Of a DNA stretch of 64,000 bases, positions 40,598 through 55,472 are shown piece by piece. The stretch comes from Octopus vulgaris (lineage: Eukaryota), in assembly GCA_951406725.2 (NCBI GenBank), contig OX597840.1, forward strand, positions 10,044,001 through 10,108,000, read 5' to 3'. Every line of letters starts with the position of its first letter. The first letter of the stretch is position 1. A model generated the notes under the pieces. The model was given only the letters and a program-made list of their open reading frames with translations, ran no database searches and had not been told where the DNA came from. The position numbers were made by a program, and so were the translations under genes.

Positions 40598-41505
40598 ATG
40601 GCGGCTGCCCTCTCGTTATCGAGTATGGCCATTGCACGAAGCTTAACTGTTACTGGTGCTGTGATCGAATGTGACTTTTTAGCCCAGCCAAAGATCTACA
40701 ATGTCTTGTACAAAATTGGCAACTAAAACCTTTACCGCCAATAGCCGGCTGTAGTTGTAACTGGGCTTCATGTACCTTTGCATGTCGTTTAAGTCCTCCT
40801 GCCGAATTACACTCTCTTCCACATGACCGAGAGATATGATTAGTATGGTGTGTTACACCACCATACATACATACATTTATGGCTGCCCCCTCGTTATCGA
40901 GTATGGCCATTGCACGAAGCTTAACTGTTACTGGTGCTGTGATTGAATGTGACTTTTTAGCCCAGCCAAAGATCTACAATGTCTTGTACAGAATTGGCAA
41001 CTAAAACCTTTACCGGTAATAGCCGGCTGTAGTTGTAACTGGGCTTCATGTATCTTTGCATGTTGTTTAAGTCCTCCTGCCGAATTACACTCTCTTCCAC
41101 ATGCCCGACAGATATGAATTGTATGGTGTGTTACACCACCACCAGTGGCCAGGTTGTCACTCATCTGTCTCGCTTTATGACTACGAAGATGACTCATGAG
41201 TCCAGCTTTACTGAGGCAGGGTCTTGCATAGACACTGCATGTCAGCATCATAGGAAGACCCTTCCCATCTGGAAGTGTAACAGCGATGCCCTTCTTGACA
41301 TCCCTCCTTACTTTCTCATGCGCAACTCGAGATTTCTCAAAAGTGGCTGTCCCTCGTGCACAATCCTTTTCCACCTGCTAGGATCAATAACTATGCCTTC
41401 CCATGTGTAAGGAGAGATGCAAGCATCTCTTAAGGAAGCCTTCAGTTGGTGCTTATACCTCTTTTTTGGTTTATGTGGAGGTCGTTCTTCTTTGGCTAAC
41501 TCTCC
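40598..41505 (-). mobile_element. RTE-type LINE 3' fragment with C-terminal C2H2 zinc fingers and duplicated 3' end
   Basis: YGELAKEERPPHKPKKRYKHQLKASL...TWE...D.SRWKRIVHEG (RTE/BovB-like), then three CxxC...HxxxH fingers (first degenerate); the last ~265 bp are repeated at 40598-40862; embedded in (TACA)n. Confidence 0.85.
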
Positions 41506-41617
41506 ATACATACATACATACATACATACATACATACATACATACATACATACATACATACATACATACATACATACTTACATACATACATACAAACATA
41601 CATAAATACATACATAC

Positions 41618-41648
<31 letters not shown>

Positions 41649-42333
41649 CATACATAAATACATACATACATACATACATACATACATACATGCATACATA
41701 CATACATACATAAATACATTCTACATACATACATACATACATACATACATACATACGTACATACATACATGCATACATACATACATACATACATACATAC
41801 ATACATACATACATACACACATACATACATACATACATACATGCATACATACATACATACATACATACATACATACATACATACATACATACATACATAC
41901 ATACTTATAAACATACATACTGTCCGACACGGTAACGATTCTCTCACGATTGGCAGTCAATGGATAAGGGTTTTGCCCGTGGCTAAGAGTTGTTTTGACT
42001 CGTATTTCTAGCAGTGCTGGTTCTGACTTTAGTGACCCTTGTATTTGTGCCTTTGGGTTTTAAACTGCGACAAGCCACCTTAATAATTTATAATTTTCAC
42101 TTTACCATTTTACCGAATCAGCCACTGTTTTCTATGGTATTTTCAACAAATGTAGGTGCAGGAGTGGCTGTGTGGTAAGTAGCTTGTTTACCAGCCACAT
42201 GGTTCCGGGTTCAGTCCCACTGCATGGCACTTTGGGTAAGTGTCTTCTACTCTAGCCTCGGGCCGACCAAAGCCTTGTGAGTGGATTTGGTAGACGGGAA
42301 CTGAAAGAAGCCCGTCGTATATAAGTATATATA

Positions 42334-42562
42334 TCACGTCACGTGATCGACCAGTCCATCAGATGTAGTTACACATCGCTGGTCACAATGCGTTCGCATT
42401 GTTTTAGCCTTCGAACGACGCCACCCCGCTGGCTAAGCGAGCAGGCCAACAGAAGAAAGAGTGGGAGAAAGAGTGGTGAAAGAGTACAGCAGGGATCATC
42501 ACCACCCCCTGCCGGAGCCTCGTGGAGCTTTTAGATGTTTTTAGCTTAATAAACACTCACAA
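42334..42562 (-). mobile_element. SINE family B, tail type 2, 5' truncated
   Basis: Reverse complement of 25017-25247. Confidence 0.85.
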
Positions 42563-42641
<79 letters not shown>

Positions 42642-42644
<3 letters not shown>

Positions 42645-42772
42645 GGTGTCCTCAAAACATGTATACACATAGTGGTTCGGCAAAAGAGAACGATAGAATA
42701 AGTACTAGGCTTACAAAGAATAACAAATTTACAATTATTTAAGGTGTGTATACATTTTTTTGGGACACCCTG
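42642..42772. mobile_element. Tc1/mariner-type MITE
   Basis: TA-CAGGGTGTCCTCAAAACATGTATACAC ... GTGTATACATTTTTTTGGGACACCCTG-TA. Confidence 0.85.
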
Positions 42773-43692
42773 TATATATGTGTGTCTGTGTTTGTCCCCC
42801 TAGCATTGCTTGACAACCGGTGCTGGTGTGTTTACGTCCCCGTAACTTAGCGGTTCGGCAAAATAGACCGATATAATAAGTACTGGGCTTACAAAAGAAT
42901 AAGTCCCAGGGTCGAGTTACTCGATTAAAGGCGGTGCTCCAGCATGGCCGCAGTCAAATGACTGAAACAAGTAAAAGAGTAAAACTGACACGTTTATAGA
43001 CTCCATTAGACGTGCTGTAGTATGCGTTCACTAATCTTGAGAAAATCTCATTTCTCTTCTCTCTTGAGATTCCATTTGACGGGCTGCAGCATGACTTTGC
43101 TGATTTTGAGAAAGTCTCATCACCTTTCTCTCTCGAGACTCTCGCCTCCGGTTTTATACAGTACTCTTTGCTTTATAGTTGTTTATGGAGAGATTACCTC
43201 ATTTCTTTGGTGACATCTTTCAGTATTTCAAACAAAAAATTATGAACATCGAAAAAAACTAAAACATTAATACTTATTTTTGTAAGCAGTTGTATGTTTG
43301 TAGCAAAAACAATACACTAACCTTAACGAAAGTGAAAGAATAAAAGTGAGGCAATTTTATACCACTGAAAAAAGTCGGAAGAGTCGTATGGGGGACGCTA
43401 CAGCCCTCTATTTGGGCAAGAGATAAAAAGTAACTCCCGCGAATCTTTCCCTAGTAATGAAATACATTCATGTCAAATTTGGTACAGATTGAACCAGCGG
43501 TTCGGCCCTGCATAGAGGAAACACGCACACATACACACAGGGTTTTATAGATATATATGAATGTAAGTATATATATATATAATATATATATAAAGTTAAT
43601 CCAAACAAGAAAACACAAAAAAACACAGCAACGCGAGGACGTGGAACAAATAAAGTATTATTGGACGCTCAAGAAAGAAGGGAAGAAGGAGG

Positions 43693-43727
43693 GTCTAACG
43701 TTTCGAGCGGAGCTCTTCGTCGGAAAC
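43693..43727 (-). ncRNA. Minimal type I hammerhead, CCGACGA variant
   Basis: gttt CCGACGA a gagc-tcc-gctc GAA ACGT T agac; perfect 4-bp helix II. Confidence 0.65.
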
Positions 43728-43856
43728 AAAGGAGAAGGGAAGACAGAGGAAAAAAATTGCTGGCGGTGCTCACGAGGTCACATGTTGAAAGGATGTCACA
43801 TGTTGCATATATATATATATGCACATATATATATATATGCACACATATATATATAT

Positions 43857-43954
<98 letters not shown>

Positions 43955-44400
43955 TATAAAAATACAAAATGGGACAAGAACGCAAAACATTCAAATAGAC
44001 GATACGAAAACGGACGGGTTATTCGATGCCTCTAATCTTCAGTCAAGAACCAGATCATCCTCGCAATTTCGGCTGATTAATCTTGAGATTGCTCCGATGT
44101 GGCCAGCCCCAAGGAAAAACTAAGCTACGAGCATTAGATTTCATGGAAAAAGGATCGAATGTATACGAAACAAGGACGATGTTACACAAATACAAAAAAC
44201 AAAAGTAATACGAATATAAATACAAAAAACAATAACAATAATAATAACAGGACAAAAACAACAGGCGTCTTTCGACTTTAGACAATTATATATATATATG
44301 TTCTAACATGTATACGTATAATATATACACATGTTCACTAACATATATACACACGCGCATATATGTATATATGTATGTATAACCACATGCATACACACAC

Positions 44401-44439
<39 letters not shown>

Positions 44440-45072
44440 TACATACATATGCATGCGTATATATAAATATGATCACGTGTTTCCGCCCAAGTGCATGCTT
44501 GTGCATGTACGTTGTGTATGTGTGTAGGTATACTTTTAGGTATGTTTGGGTTTGTGTGTTTCTTACTGGTGTGCATGTTTCTGTGAATATATGTAAGAGT
44601 GTGTATATGCGCGCGTACGAATGCGGGTGTGTGTGTATGTGTGATTGTGTGTGCGTGTGTGTGTGTATAAATTCTGACAGCCACTGCCAGTGACAAATGC
44701 ACCAACGAACATTCTCGCCTCGCCGTCGCTCGAACAAGAAGACAGGACGAAGAGATTTTCCATTAAAAGTACACCTAACCGTGATCTAAGAAAATCTAAG
44801 AAAATCCAAAAAAAAAAAAAAAAAAAACTCAAAAAACCCCTGAAAAACCAACAACATAAAATAATTCGCTTATAACGTTTGTTGATTAAGTAGATTTTGA
44901 TAGAATCTGCGGCGAGGTAAAAGCACTCGACCTGCTTCGATTATCAGTGAGCCTGCTTAGAGATGACCTGCCAGGAAACGCCCACGAACACTTTCGAGTA
45001 TCCGCCAGCTCTGTCATACATATATATATATATATATATGTGTGTGTATATATATATATATGTATATATATG

Positions 45073-45127
<55 letters not shown>

Positions 45128-45560
45128 ATATATGTATATATATGTATGTATATATATATGTATATATATGTATATATATATATATATGTATATATATATC
45201 TATATATATATATGTATATAGTTCGTGTCATCTATATATATACATATATATATGCATATATATATGTATATATATATATATATGTATATATATGTATATA
45301 TACACACACATAAAATACATACATATACATACACACACACATATATATATAAATATATGTATATCCATACATATATATATATATATATGATGGGAATGTT
45401 TGTATATAAATAAATATATGCAGAAATACATGCATACACACATATCCGTATATATATATATATTTCTTGATATATGTGTGTGTATGTACACGTTGATATA
45501 TGTATATATGTATGTATGTATGTAAGTATGTGTATCTATGTTTGTATGCATATATATATG

Positions 45561-45592
<32 letters not shown>

Positions 45593-45823
45593 TATACATA
45601 CATATGCATGCGTATATATATATATATATATATATATACACCTATATATCTTCATTTGTAAATTAGTTCGGAAATAAGTAGAATCAAGGTCATTCGGTGT
45701 ATAAAAATCTCTATTCCATTCCATAATTCTATTTTTTTTTATTATTATTCCATATTACATTCTCTCTCTTTTCCACTTAATTTCCAACAAACACCAGCGT
45801 CTATTTTTCTCCTTTTAAAGTGT

Positions 45824-45865
<42 letters not shown>

Positions 45866-46016
45866 GCACACACACGCACGCACACACACACATACACACA
45901 CAGCCACACACACATATATATATATGTATGTATGTATATATATGTATATATATATATTTATTTATTTATTTATATATATATGTATGCATATATATGCATA
46001 TATCTATATATATATA

Positions 46017-46128
<112 letters not shown>

Positions 46129-46131
46129 TAG

Positions 46132-46162
<31 letters not shown>

Positions 46163-46174
46163 GATATCCATATG

Positions 46175-46214
<40 letters not shown>

Positions 46215-46318
46215 TATGTATGCATGTATATATGTATATATGCATGTATGTATGTATGTATGTGTGTCGATTAGAAATGTTTGTTCTCTTCATTTTTATG
46301 TATGCATGTATGTATGTA

Positions 46319-46369
<51 letters not shown>

Positions 46370-46374
46370 ATATG

Positions 46375-46465
<91 letters not shown>

Positions 46466-46974
46466 ATATGTAGGTGCAGGCGTATAACTGTATGAATATA
46501 TGCAAATTTAATTTTCTCTTCACTAAACTAGCGATGTACAACAAATGTAATTATTGATATATTTATGGCTGCAGAGGAAAATGAAGCCTAGTTTACATCT
46601 ATGACATGGGAAAAGTAAGAAGCGACGAAAATGTGCACACAGGAACAAACACAAACACACTACACCACACAGACACACACACACACACATGCATAGGCAG
46701 TACATACTCACACACGCTCATGTGCGTGCATCAGATAAACGTACACTGAATAACCCATATATATATATGGATCCACTTTTTGACTATACGAGCGTCCGCG
46801 TACGTGTGTATACGCATACATACATATGCACGCGCATATATGTACATACATATTTCGATATCTTATAGCTATACCCATATGCGCGTGTGTCTCTGTGTGT
46901 GTATGTGAGTGTATATGTACCATCGATCAACCCGGGTTCACTGTTGTACCTAATTTTTCACTTACACTTTCATC

Positions 46975-47382
46975 AGGCGCAGGATTGGCTGTGTGGTAAG
47001 TAGCTTGTTTACCAACTACATGGTTCCGGGTTCAGTCCCACTGCGTGGCATCTTGGGCAAGTGTCTTCTACTCTAGCCTCGGGCCGACCAAAGCCTTGTA
47101 AGTGGATTTGGTAGACGGAAACAGAAAGAAGCCTGTCGTATATATGTATGTATATATATGTGTGTGTGTATTTGTGTGTTTGTGTTTGTCCCCCTAGCAT
47201 TGCTTGACAACCGATGCTGGTGTGTTTAAGTCCCCGTCACTTACCGGTTCGGCAAAAGAGACCGATAGAATAAGTACTAGGCTTACAAAGAATAAGTCCC
47301 TGGGTCGATTTGTTCGATTAAAGGCGGTGCTCCAGCATGGCCGCAGTCAAATGACTGAAACAAGTAAAAGAGTAAAAGAGTA
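46975..47382 (+). mobile_element. SINE family A
   Basis: Full copy. Confidence 0.9.
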
Positions 47383-47603
47383 ATCACTTCAATGTAATCG
47401 CTCTCCTCGTTAATTCATTGAATGAAACGGGAAATTCGAGGGCCGCAAGATCCTGCTACAAAGTAGATATGAGGGGCGAAACCACTGATCAGGCTTATAC
47501 GGCGATTGCCTGATTTGCTTTTAAAGATGTGTGTGTAGTCACGCATTTTTGGGTGAATGTGGATAATCTTGAAATTATTGACCAGTCTCTCCGTGGTAAG
47601 GGA

Positions 47604-47987
47604 AGGAAGCACTCCGTCGGTTACGTCGACGAGGGTTCCGGTTGATCCGAATCAACGGAACAGCCTGCTCGTGAAATTAACGTGTAAGTGGCTGAGAACT
47701 CCACAGACACGTGCACCCTTAACGTAGTTCTCGGGGATATTCAGCGTGACACAGAGAGTGACAAGGCCGGCCCTTTGAAATACAGGTACAATAGAAACAG
47801 GAAGTAAGAGTGAGAGAAAGTTGTGGTGAAAGAGTACAGCAGGGATCACCACCATCCCCTGCCGGAGCCTCGTGGAGCTTTAGGTGTTTTTGCTCAATAA
47901 ACACTCACAACGCCGGTCTGGGAATCGAAACCGCGATCCTATGACCGCGAGTCCGCTGCCCTAACCACTGGGCCATTGCGCCTCCAC
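47604..47987 (-). mobile_element. SINE family B, tail type 1
   Basis: Near-identical to 29946-30335. Confidence 0.9.
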
Positions 47988-48332
47988 AACCTGTAACCTA
48001 CTGTTGATGTCAGACAGTCTGAAACATCCCTTTGTCAAGAATTCAATGATCACATTGTTTCTGTTGGAATCCATTATTTGCCTTCATGGAAGAACAAAAA
48101 GCGTTGCCGCAGAAAATGAGTTAGTTTTTCCTGCTAACATTTATAATTCAAGAGATATAGGTCAAGACATATAGGTCAAGACATATATGTCAAGATATAT
48201 AGGTCAGGAAATAAAACAATTATGCCGATTTTCGCATAGCATTCGTTGTAACACACATATTATGTACGTGTGCGTATATATATATTTATGTGCATGTGAA
48301 TGTATGTGTATATGAGTCTATGTGCGTGAATA

Positions 48333-48400
<68 letters not shown>

Positions 48401-48401
48401 T

Positions 48402-49019
<618 letters not shown>

Positions 49020-49028
49020 GTATGTATG

Positions 49029-49064
<36 letters not shown>

Positions 49065-49221
49065 CATAGGAGTGGCTGTGTGGTAAGTAGTTTGCTTACC
49101 AAATGACTGAAACAAGTAAAAGAGTAAGAGCATATATACATACATACACACACACACATATATATATATATATATGAAATATTAAGGAGAATTCAAATAT
49201 GTTCAACAATTTATATAGACA

Positions 49222-50032
49222 ACTAGCACTATGACCCGGCAACGCCGGGTCATAGTGTTAGTGCATGCATATACAGCTGCGTGCATGCGAGTACTGTCCA
49301 AATCCCCGACCAATCACATACAGCTTGCTGGCATTGAATTGGTGCATCAAGTTTCAGGCATTTTATTGGGTTCTGGATAAAAAAATTCACAAAAAAGTCA
49401 CTTCTATTGATTTTTTAATGGCTTTGCGGGGTGACTGGGGAAATGTGAAGATGTGCACGACCACCCTTGGACGGTTTTGAATGACCATAGAAAGTGCGAG
49501 CCCTCTAACTGAAAAATTGTGGATTTGTATAAAGGACACGCACACAGACATTTTGCCGTTTATATATAGAGGGATTTGCGGGGTGACTGGGGAAATGTAA
49601 AGATGTGCACGACCACCCTTGGACGGTTTTGAATGACTATAGAAAGTGCAAGCCCTCTAACTGAAAAATTGTGGATTTGTATAAAGATCATACACACAGA
49701 CATTTTGCCGTTTATATATAGAGAGATTTGCGGGGTGACTGGGGAAATGTAAAGATGTGCACGACCACCCTTGGACAGTTTTGAATGACTATAGAAAGTG
49801 CGAGCCCTCTAACTGAAAAATTGTGGGTTTGTATAAAGGACATGCACACACAGACATTTTGCCGTTTATATATAGAGATTTGCGGGGTGACTGGGGAAAT
49901 GTAAAGATGTGCACGACCACCCTTGGACAGTTTTGAATGACTATAGAAAGTGCGAGCCCTCTAACTGAAAAATTGTGGGTTTGTATAAAGGACATGCACA
50001 CACAGACATTTTGCCGTTTATATAGAGAGAGA
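49222..50032 (+). mobile_element. Helitron/Helentron-like non-autonomous element with 3' part tandemly repeated (~152 bp x 4)
   Basis: Starts ACTAGCACTATGACCCGGC-AAC-GCCGGGTCATAGTGTTAGT (hairpin); units at ~49424, 49576, 49728 and 49880 each end CACACAGAC...TATATAGA; a related terminus lies inverted at 21890-21921. Confidence 0.65.
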
Positions 50033-50220
50033 TATTGCGCCATGGATCGATGTATATCAGTTTTTATATATACAAATGTATCAATCATTGAATTATTAAA
50101 ACATTAAAAATCTATGAATACATAAATATATAAATATCTAATATACATATATAAATAAAATAATGAGATTAAGTTATAAAAGTGTAGATGTTTAAAAGTA
50201 CAGCCGTATACAGATATGTA

Positions 50221-50607
50221 TGGAAGCACTCCGTCGGTTACGACGACGAGGTTTCCGGTTGATCCGGATCAACGGAACAGCCTGCTCGTGAAATTAACGT
50301 GTAAGTGGCTGAGCACTCCACAGACACGTGTACCCTTAACGTAGTTCTCGGGGATATTCAGCGTGACACAGAGAGTGACAAGGCCGGCCCTTTGAAATAG
50401 AGGTACAACAGAAACAGGAAGTAAGAGTGAGAGAAAGTTGTGGTGAAAGAGTACAGCAGGGATCACCACCATCCCCTGCCGGAGCCTCGTGGAACTTTTA
50501 GGTGCTTTCGCTCAATAAACACTCACAACGCCCGGTCTGGGAATCGAAACCGCGATCCTATGACCGCGAGTCCGCTGCCCTAACCACTAGACCATTGCGC
50601 CTCCACA
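50221..50607 (-). mobile_element. SINE family B, tail type 1
   Basis: Near-identical to 29946-30335; flanked by ACAGATATGTAT direct repeats (TSD). Confidence 0.9.
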
Positions 50608-50758
50608 CAGATATGTATAGAGACGTTAAGAATTACGGCGCTGTAAAAATATCTAAAAATAAATATGCCCTTAGGAGAAGGTGAATAAAATAGTCTCACG
50701 TAAGAAGCGAATAAAGAAAAATCATAGTGTTGCGATTAGATTTTTCAGAAAATATATG

Positions 50759-50918
50759 TGGAGTGGCTGTGTGGTAAGTAGCTTATTTACCAACCACATG
50801 GTTCCGGGTTCCGTCCCACTGCGTGGCACCTTGGGCAAGTGTCTTCTACTATAGCCTCGGGCCGACCAAATTCTTGTGAGTGGATTTGGTAGACGGAAAC
50901 TGAAAGAAGCCCGTCGTA

Positions 50919-50982
<64 letters not shown>

Positions 50983-51145
50983 TGTGTGTGTTTGTGTGTC
51001 TGGGTTTGTCCCCCTAGCATTGCTTGACAACCGATGCTGGTGTGTTTATGTCCCCGGGGTCGAGTTACTCGATTAAAGGCGGTGCTCCAGCATGGCCGCA
51101 GTCAAATGACTGAAACAAGTAAAAGAGTAAAAGAGTAAAAGAGTA
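50759..51145 (+). mobile_element. SINE family A with internal deletion
   Basis: About 65 bp missing between two GTCCC motifs near 51052. Confidence 0.88.
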
Positions 51146-51656
51146 AACTAACCCAAGAAAATAGATAATCCTGTTTAGATAAACTGTTGGTGAAAGTCTT
51201 CTTACGGCCGTTTCAGGCGCACAATAATCTATAGATTTTCAGGGTATTTTCATTCCCCGAATTGAATACAGCCTCCTTCATCAGGTAGAGTATCTTATTG
51301 AGGATTCAGAGTAGATAGACAACCGACAACTGATGAAGGGTCCTTTCTCTGTGTTTACATGTCCTTTGGGCATTTATTTTCATACGGGAGAAAAACACTG
51401 TCTGATTCTGCTTAAGGGCTTACTGAAAAATAATCACCTGAAGAAACGTATCTTACACATTTGGTGGATGATATAGTAATTACATGATATGTTAACTACA
51501 TTCAACTCACCAATGATCTACGGGGCTGGCGATGTGTGGAAACAATTGTAGTGAGCTGGAGTAAAGAATATCGTTCAATTCATTTTCCATTTATCATTTT
51601 TCTTGATACTTATGTACATATACAGATTCGCGTACGTGTGCGCATGTGTGTGTGAG

Positions 51657-51696
<40 letters not shown>

Positions 51697-52304
51697 AGAG
51701 AGTGTGTGTGTGTGTATGTGTATAGAATAGACACAAACACGTGAACGTTGCACATTGCATTAATTTTGAATGCAACCTCTGGTAATATCTCTCATAAAAG
51801 GTCTCTTAGTAACTAAGATATTTGTTTTAAATAAAGACGATAAAAAAACCCAAATTACTCAGGAATAGCATTTATTATTATTATTGTTAATTAATGGAAT
51901 TCTAAAATTTCATTATGTTCGCTTAATTAGATAATGTTTTCGTTCATTTATATCGTTTTTTATTCTTCTGCACGACGTATTTTTCGGCATCATTTCCATA
52001 CGTTGACTAGCAACAACACAGACACACAGATAGACAGACAGACACACACACACAAAGAGGAAGAGATAGATAGAGAGAGACACAGAAATCGAAATCTATA
52101 TCATACCTTATATTGTCGAAGAGATTATGAACATGCATACAAATATAATTATATACACACTTAAAATGTAAACATATTGCCATAGTGATTTGGGACGAAG
52201 GAGGGAAACTGCGTACAGTTGTGGAAACCAGCCGCCCAGCAGATGTGAACAAGAAACAAAAGATCAGAGAAAAACAACAACAAAAAAAAAAACCCCTACA
52301 CTGA

Positions 52305-52885
52305 ACTCTTTACTCTTTACTCTTTTACTTGTTTCAGTCATTTGACTGCGGCCATGCTGGAGCACCGCCTTTAATCGAGCAACTCGACCCCGGGACTTAT
52401 TCTTTTTTGTAAGCCCAGTACTTATTCTATCGGTCTCTTTTGCCGAACCGCTAAGTAACGGGGACGTAAACACACCACCATCGGTTGTCAAGCAATGCTA
52501 GGGGGACAAACACAGACACACAAACACACACACACATATATATATATATACATACATATATACGACGGGCTTCTTTCAGTTTCCGTCTACCAAATCCACT
52601 CACAAGTTATTGGTCGGCCCGAGGCTATAGTAGAAGACACTTGCCCAAGGTGCCACGCAGTGGGACTGAACCCGGAACCATGTGGTTGGTAAGCAAGCTA
52701 CTTACCACACAGCCACTCACATATATACGACGGGCTTCTTTTCAGTTTCCGTCTACCAAATCCACTCACAAGGCTTTGGTCGGCCCGAGGCTATAGTAGA
52801 CGACACTTGCCCAAGGTGCCACGCAGTTGGACTGAACCCGGAACCATGTGGTTGGTAAGCAAACTACTTACCACACAGCCACTCA
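52305..52885 (-). mobile_element. SINE family A with duplicated head
   Basis: Segment 52555-52718 is repeated at 52720-52885. Confidence 0.85.
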
Positions 52886-53081
52886 CATATATACTGCAGT
52901 TACTTTTCATCCAGATCTACAAATTAAGACTTATACCTGTAATTATTGGGGGTACTGGAATATGTAACACACAGCTCAAAATGCCAATCTTGAGAAATTA
53001 GTCTTCTCAAAACCAAAGAGGAGAAAGCTGATCAGCCTTTTCTTTTTCTGGTTTTGACAAGACGAATTTACTGGATATATG

Positions 53082-53119
<38 letters not shown>

Positions 53120-53122
53120 CAT

Positions 53123-53925
53123 ATGTGGAGGCGCAATGGCCCAGTGGTTAGGGCACGCGGACTCGCGGTCGTTGTGAGTGTTTATTGAGCTACTTACCAC
53201 AAAGCCACTCACATAGGCTACGACAGGGGGTGGTGGTGATCCCTGCTTACTCTTTCGTCTACAAATCCACTCACTGTTGGCCTGCTCGCTTAGCCAGCGG
53301 GGTGGCGTCATTCGAAGGCTAGAAGACACTTGCCCAAGCGCATTGTGACCACGCGATGTGACTAGCAACATCTGATGGCCATGGTCGGTCACGTGATCAC
53401 GTGATATATACCATATATGCCATATATACATATATACGTATGGGCTATATATTATACATATATATATGTATATACCATACATCCACATCACATAGGCATT
53501 GGTATTCCATGGAATGGAAGACACTTGCCCGGTTACGACGATGAGGGTTCCGGTTGATCCGAATCCCGGGAACCATGCTCGTGAAATTAACGTGTAAGTG
53601 GCTGAGCACTTCACAGACACAGCCACTCACATATACGTACGGGCTTCTTTTCAGGAATATTCAGCGTGACACAGAGAGGGACAAGGCCGGTCGGCTTTGA
53701 AATACAGGTACAACAGAAACAGCCCAAGTAAGCAGTGGAGTGAGAGAAAGTTGAGGCGAAAGAGTACAACAGGGGTCGCCACCCCCACCCCCTGCCGGAG
53801 CCTCGTGGAGCTTTAGGTGTTTTCGTCTCCAATAAACACTCACAACGCCCGGTCTGGGAATCGAAACCGCGAGGCCTCCGACCGCGAGTCCGCTGCCCTA
53901 ACCACTGGGCCATTGCGCCTCCACA
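53123..53925. mobile_element. Chimeric SINE B2(+)/B1(-) copies interdigitated with family A sequence
   Basis: B heads at 53125 (+) and 53925 (-), with short family A words spliced in. Confidence 0.6.
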
Positions 53926-54308
53926 TATATATATACATATGGAGATTTCTCAATAGTTCAGCGTTTTTAGTCTTCATCTGATGTTTACATTCATGTTAAC
54001 ATCTGCCGAGCGGCTGGTTTACACAACTCTACACAGTTTCTCTTCTTTATCCCAAATCACTATGACAGGTCTGTTACGTTTAGATTTTAAGTGTACAAGT
54101 ACGTTTGTATGTATGTATGTATGTTTGTATCTATGCGTATATGTATGTATAATATAAAATACTCGGTAGAATAAGGAATATGGATTTTTATGCCTGTGTC
54201 TCTGTTTATCTCTTACTCTGTGTCTCTATGTGTATGTGATTACGTGCACGTGTGTGTATGTGTGTGTATGATGCTAGAACATATGTGGAATGATGTAAAA
54301 GCTATATC

Positions 54309-54368
<60 letters not shown>

Positions 54369-54421
54369 TTTGTATGTATATTAGGCTATATATATATATA
54401 TACCATATATATATGTATATT

Positions 54422-54477
<56 letters not shown>

Positions 54478-54604
54478 TCACAAAGTTGGTTTGTGAAAGC
54501 ACGTGGTACTGGAATATATAGAAAATACAGCTAAAAAGTGAAAAAATATATATTTTTTAACCTTTTAAAACAAGCCTTCTGTAGTTTTTTCACTTTTTAC
54601 TATT

Positions 54605-54650
<46 letters not shown>

Positions 54651-54857
54651 CAATAGGGTAATAAGAATTATTATTACCAGTGGCCTAGCAAAAATTCCTT
54701 TCGAGAATTTATCCTTAATTGGTGGTTTGAGTTTTCTTCTGTACTCTTTCTAGCACAAGGCTTTCCTATTTGGAAGCCTCTTGTATTTGGCTATACATAC
54801 ATACATACATACATACATACATACATACATACATACATACATACATACATACATACA

Positions 54858-54958
<101 letters not shown>

Positions 54959-55039
54959 AATGGATAGCACTCGTATATATATGACGATGAGGGCTTCCGC
55001 TGATCCGAATAGCGGCTAACCAGCCTGCTCGTGAAAATA

Positions 55040-55418
55040 ACGTTCCGGGTTCAGTCCCACTGCACGTGCATCTTGGGCACGTGTCTTCTCAGGATATTCA
55101 GCGTGACACAGGGCCGACCAATGCCTTGTGAGTGGATTTGATAGACGGAAACAGAAAGAAAGCCTAAGTCGTATATATGTATATATATATAAGTGTGTGT
55201 GAATATGTTTGTGTGTCTGTGTTTGTTCCCCTAGCATCGCTTGACAACCGATGCTGGTGTGTTTACGTCCCTGTCACTTAGCGGTTCGGCAAAAGAGACC
55301 GATAGAATAAGTACTGGGCTTACAAAGAATAAGTCCCGGGGTCGATTTGCTCGACTAAAGGCGGTGCTCCAGCATGGCCTCAGTCAAATGACTGAAACAA
55401 GTAAAAAGAGTAAAAAGA

Positions 55419-55420
<2 letters not shown>
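55040..55420 (+). mobile_element. SINE family A with chimeric (A/B1) 5' part
   Basis: Clean family A tail at 55200-55420; mixed head. Confidence 0.7.

Positions 55421-55472
<52 letters not shown>

Larger units (their letters stand above)
42153..42983 (+). mobile_element. SINE family A interrupted by SINE B2 and a MITE
   Basis: Head 42153-42333, tail 42775-42983. Confidence 0.88.

Noticed and set aside
51229-51345. Two CTGATGA boxes (51277 minus, 51329 plus)
   Set aside because: Only weak helices and no convincing helix III; possible decayed PLE end but not supportable
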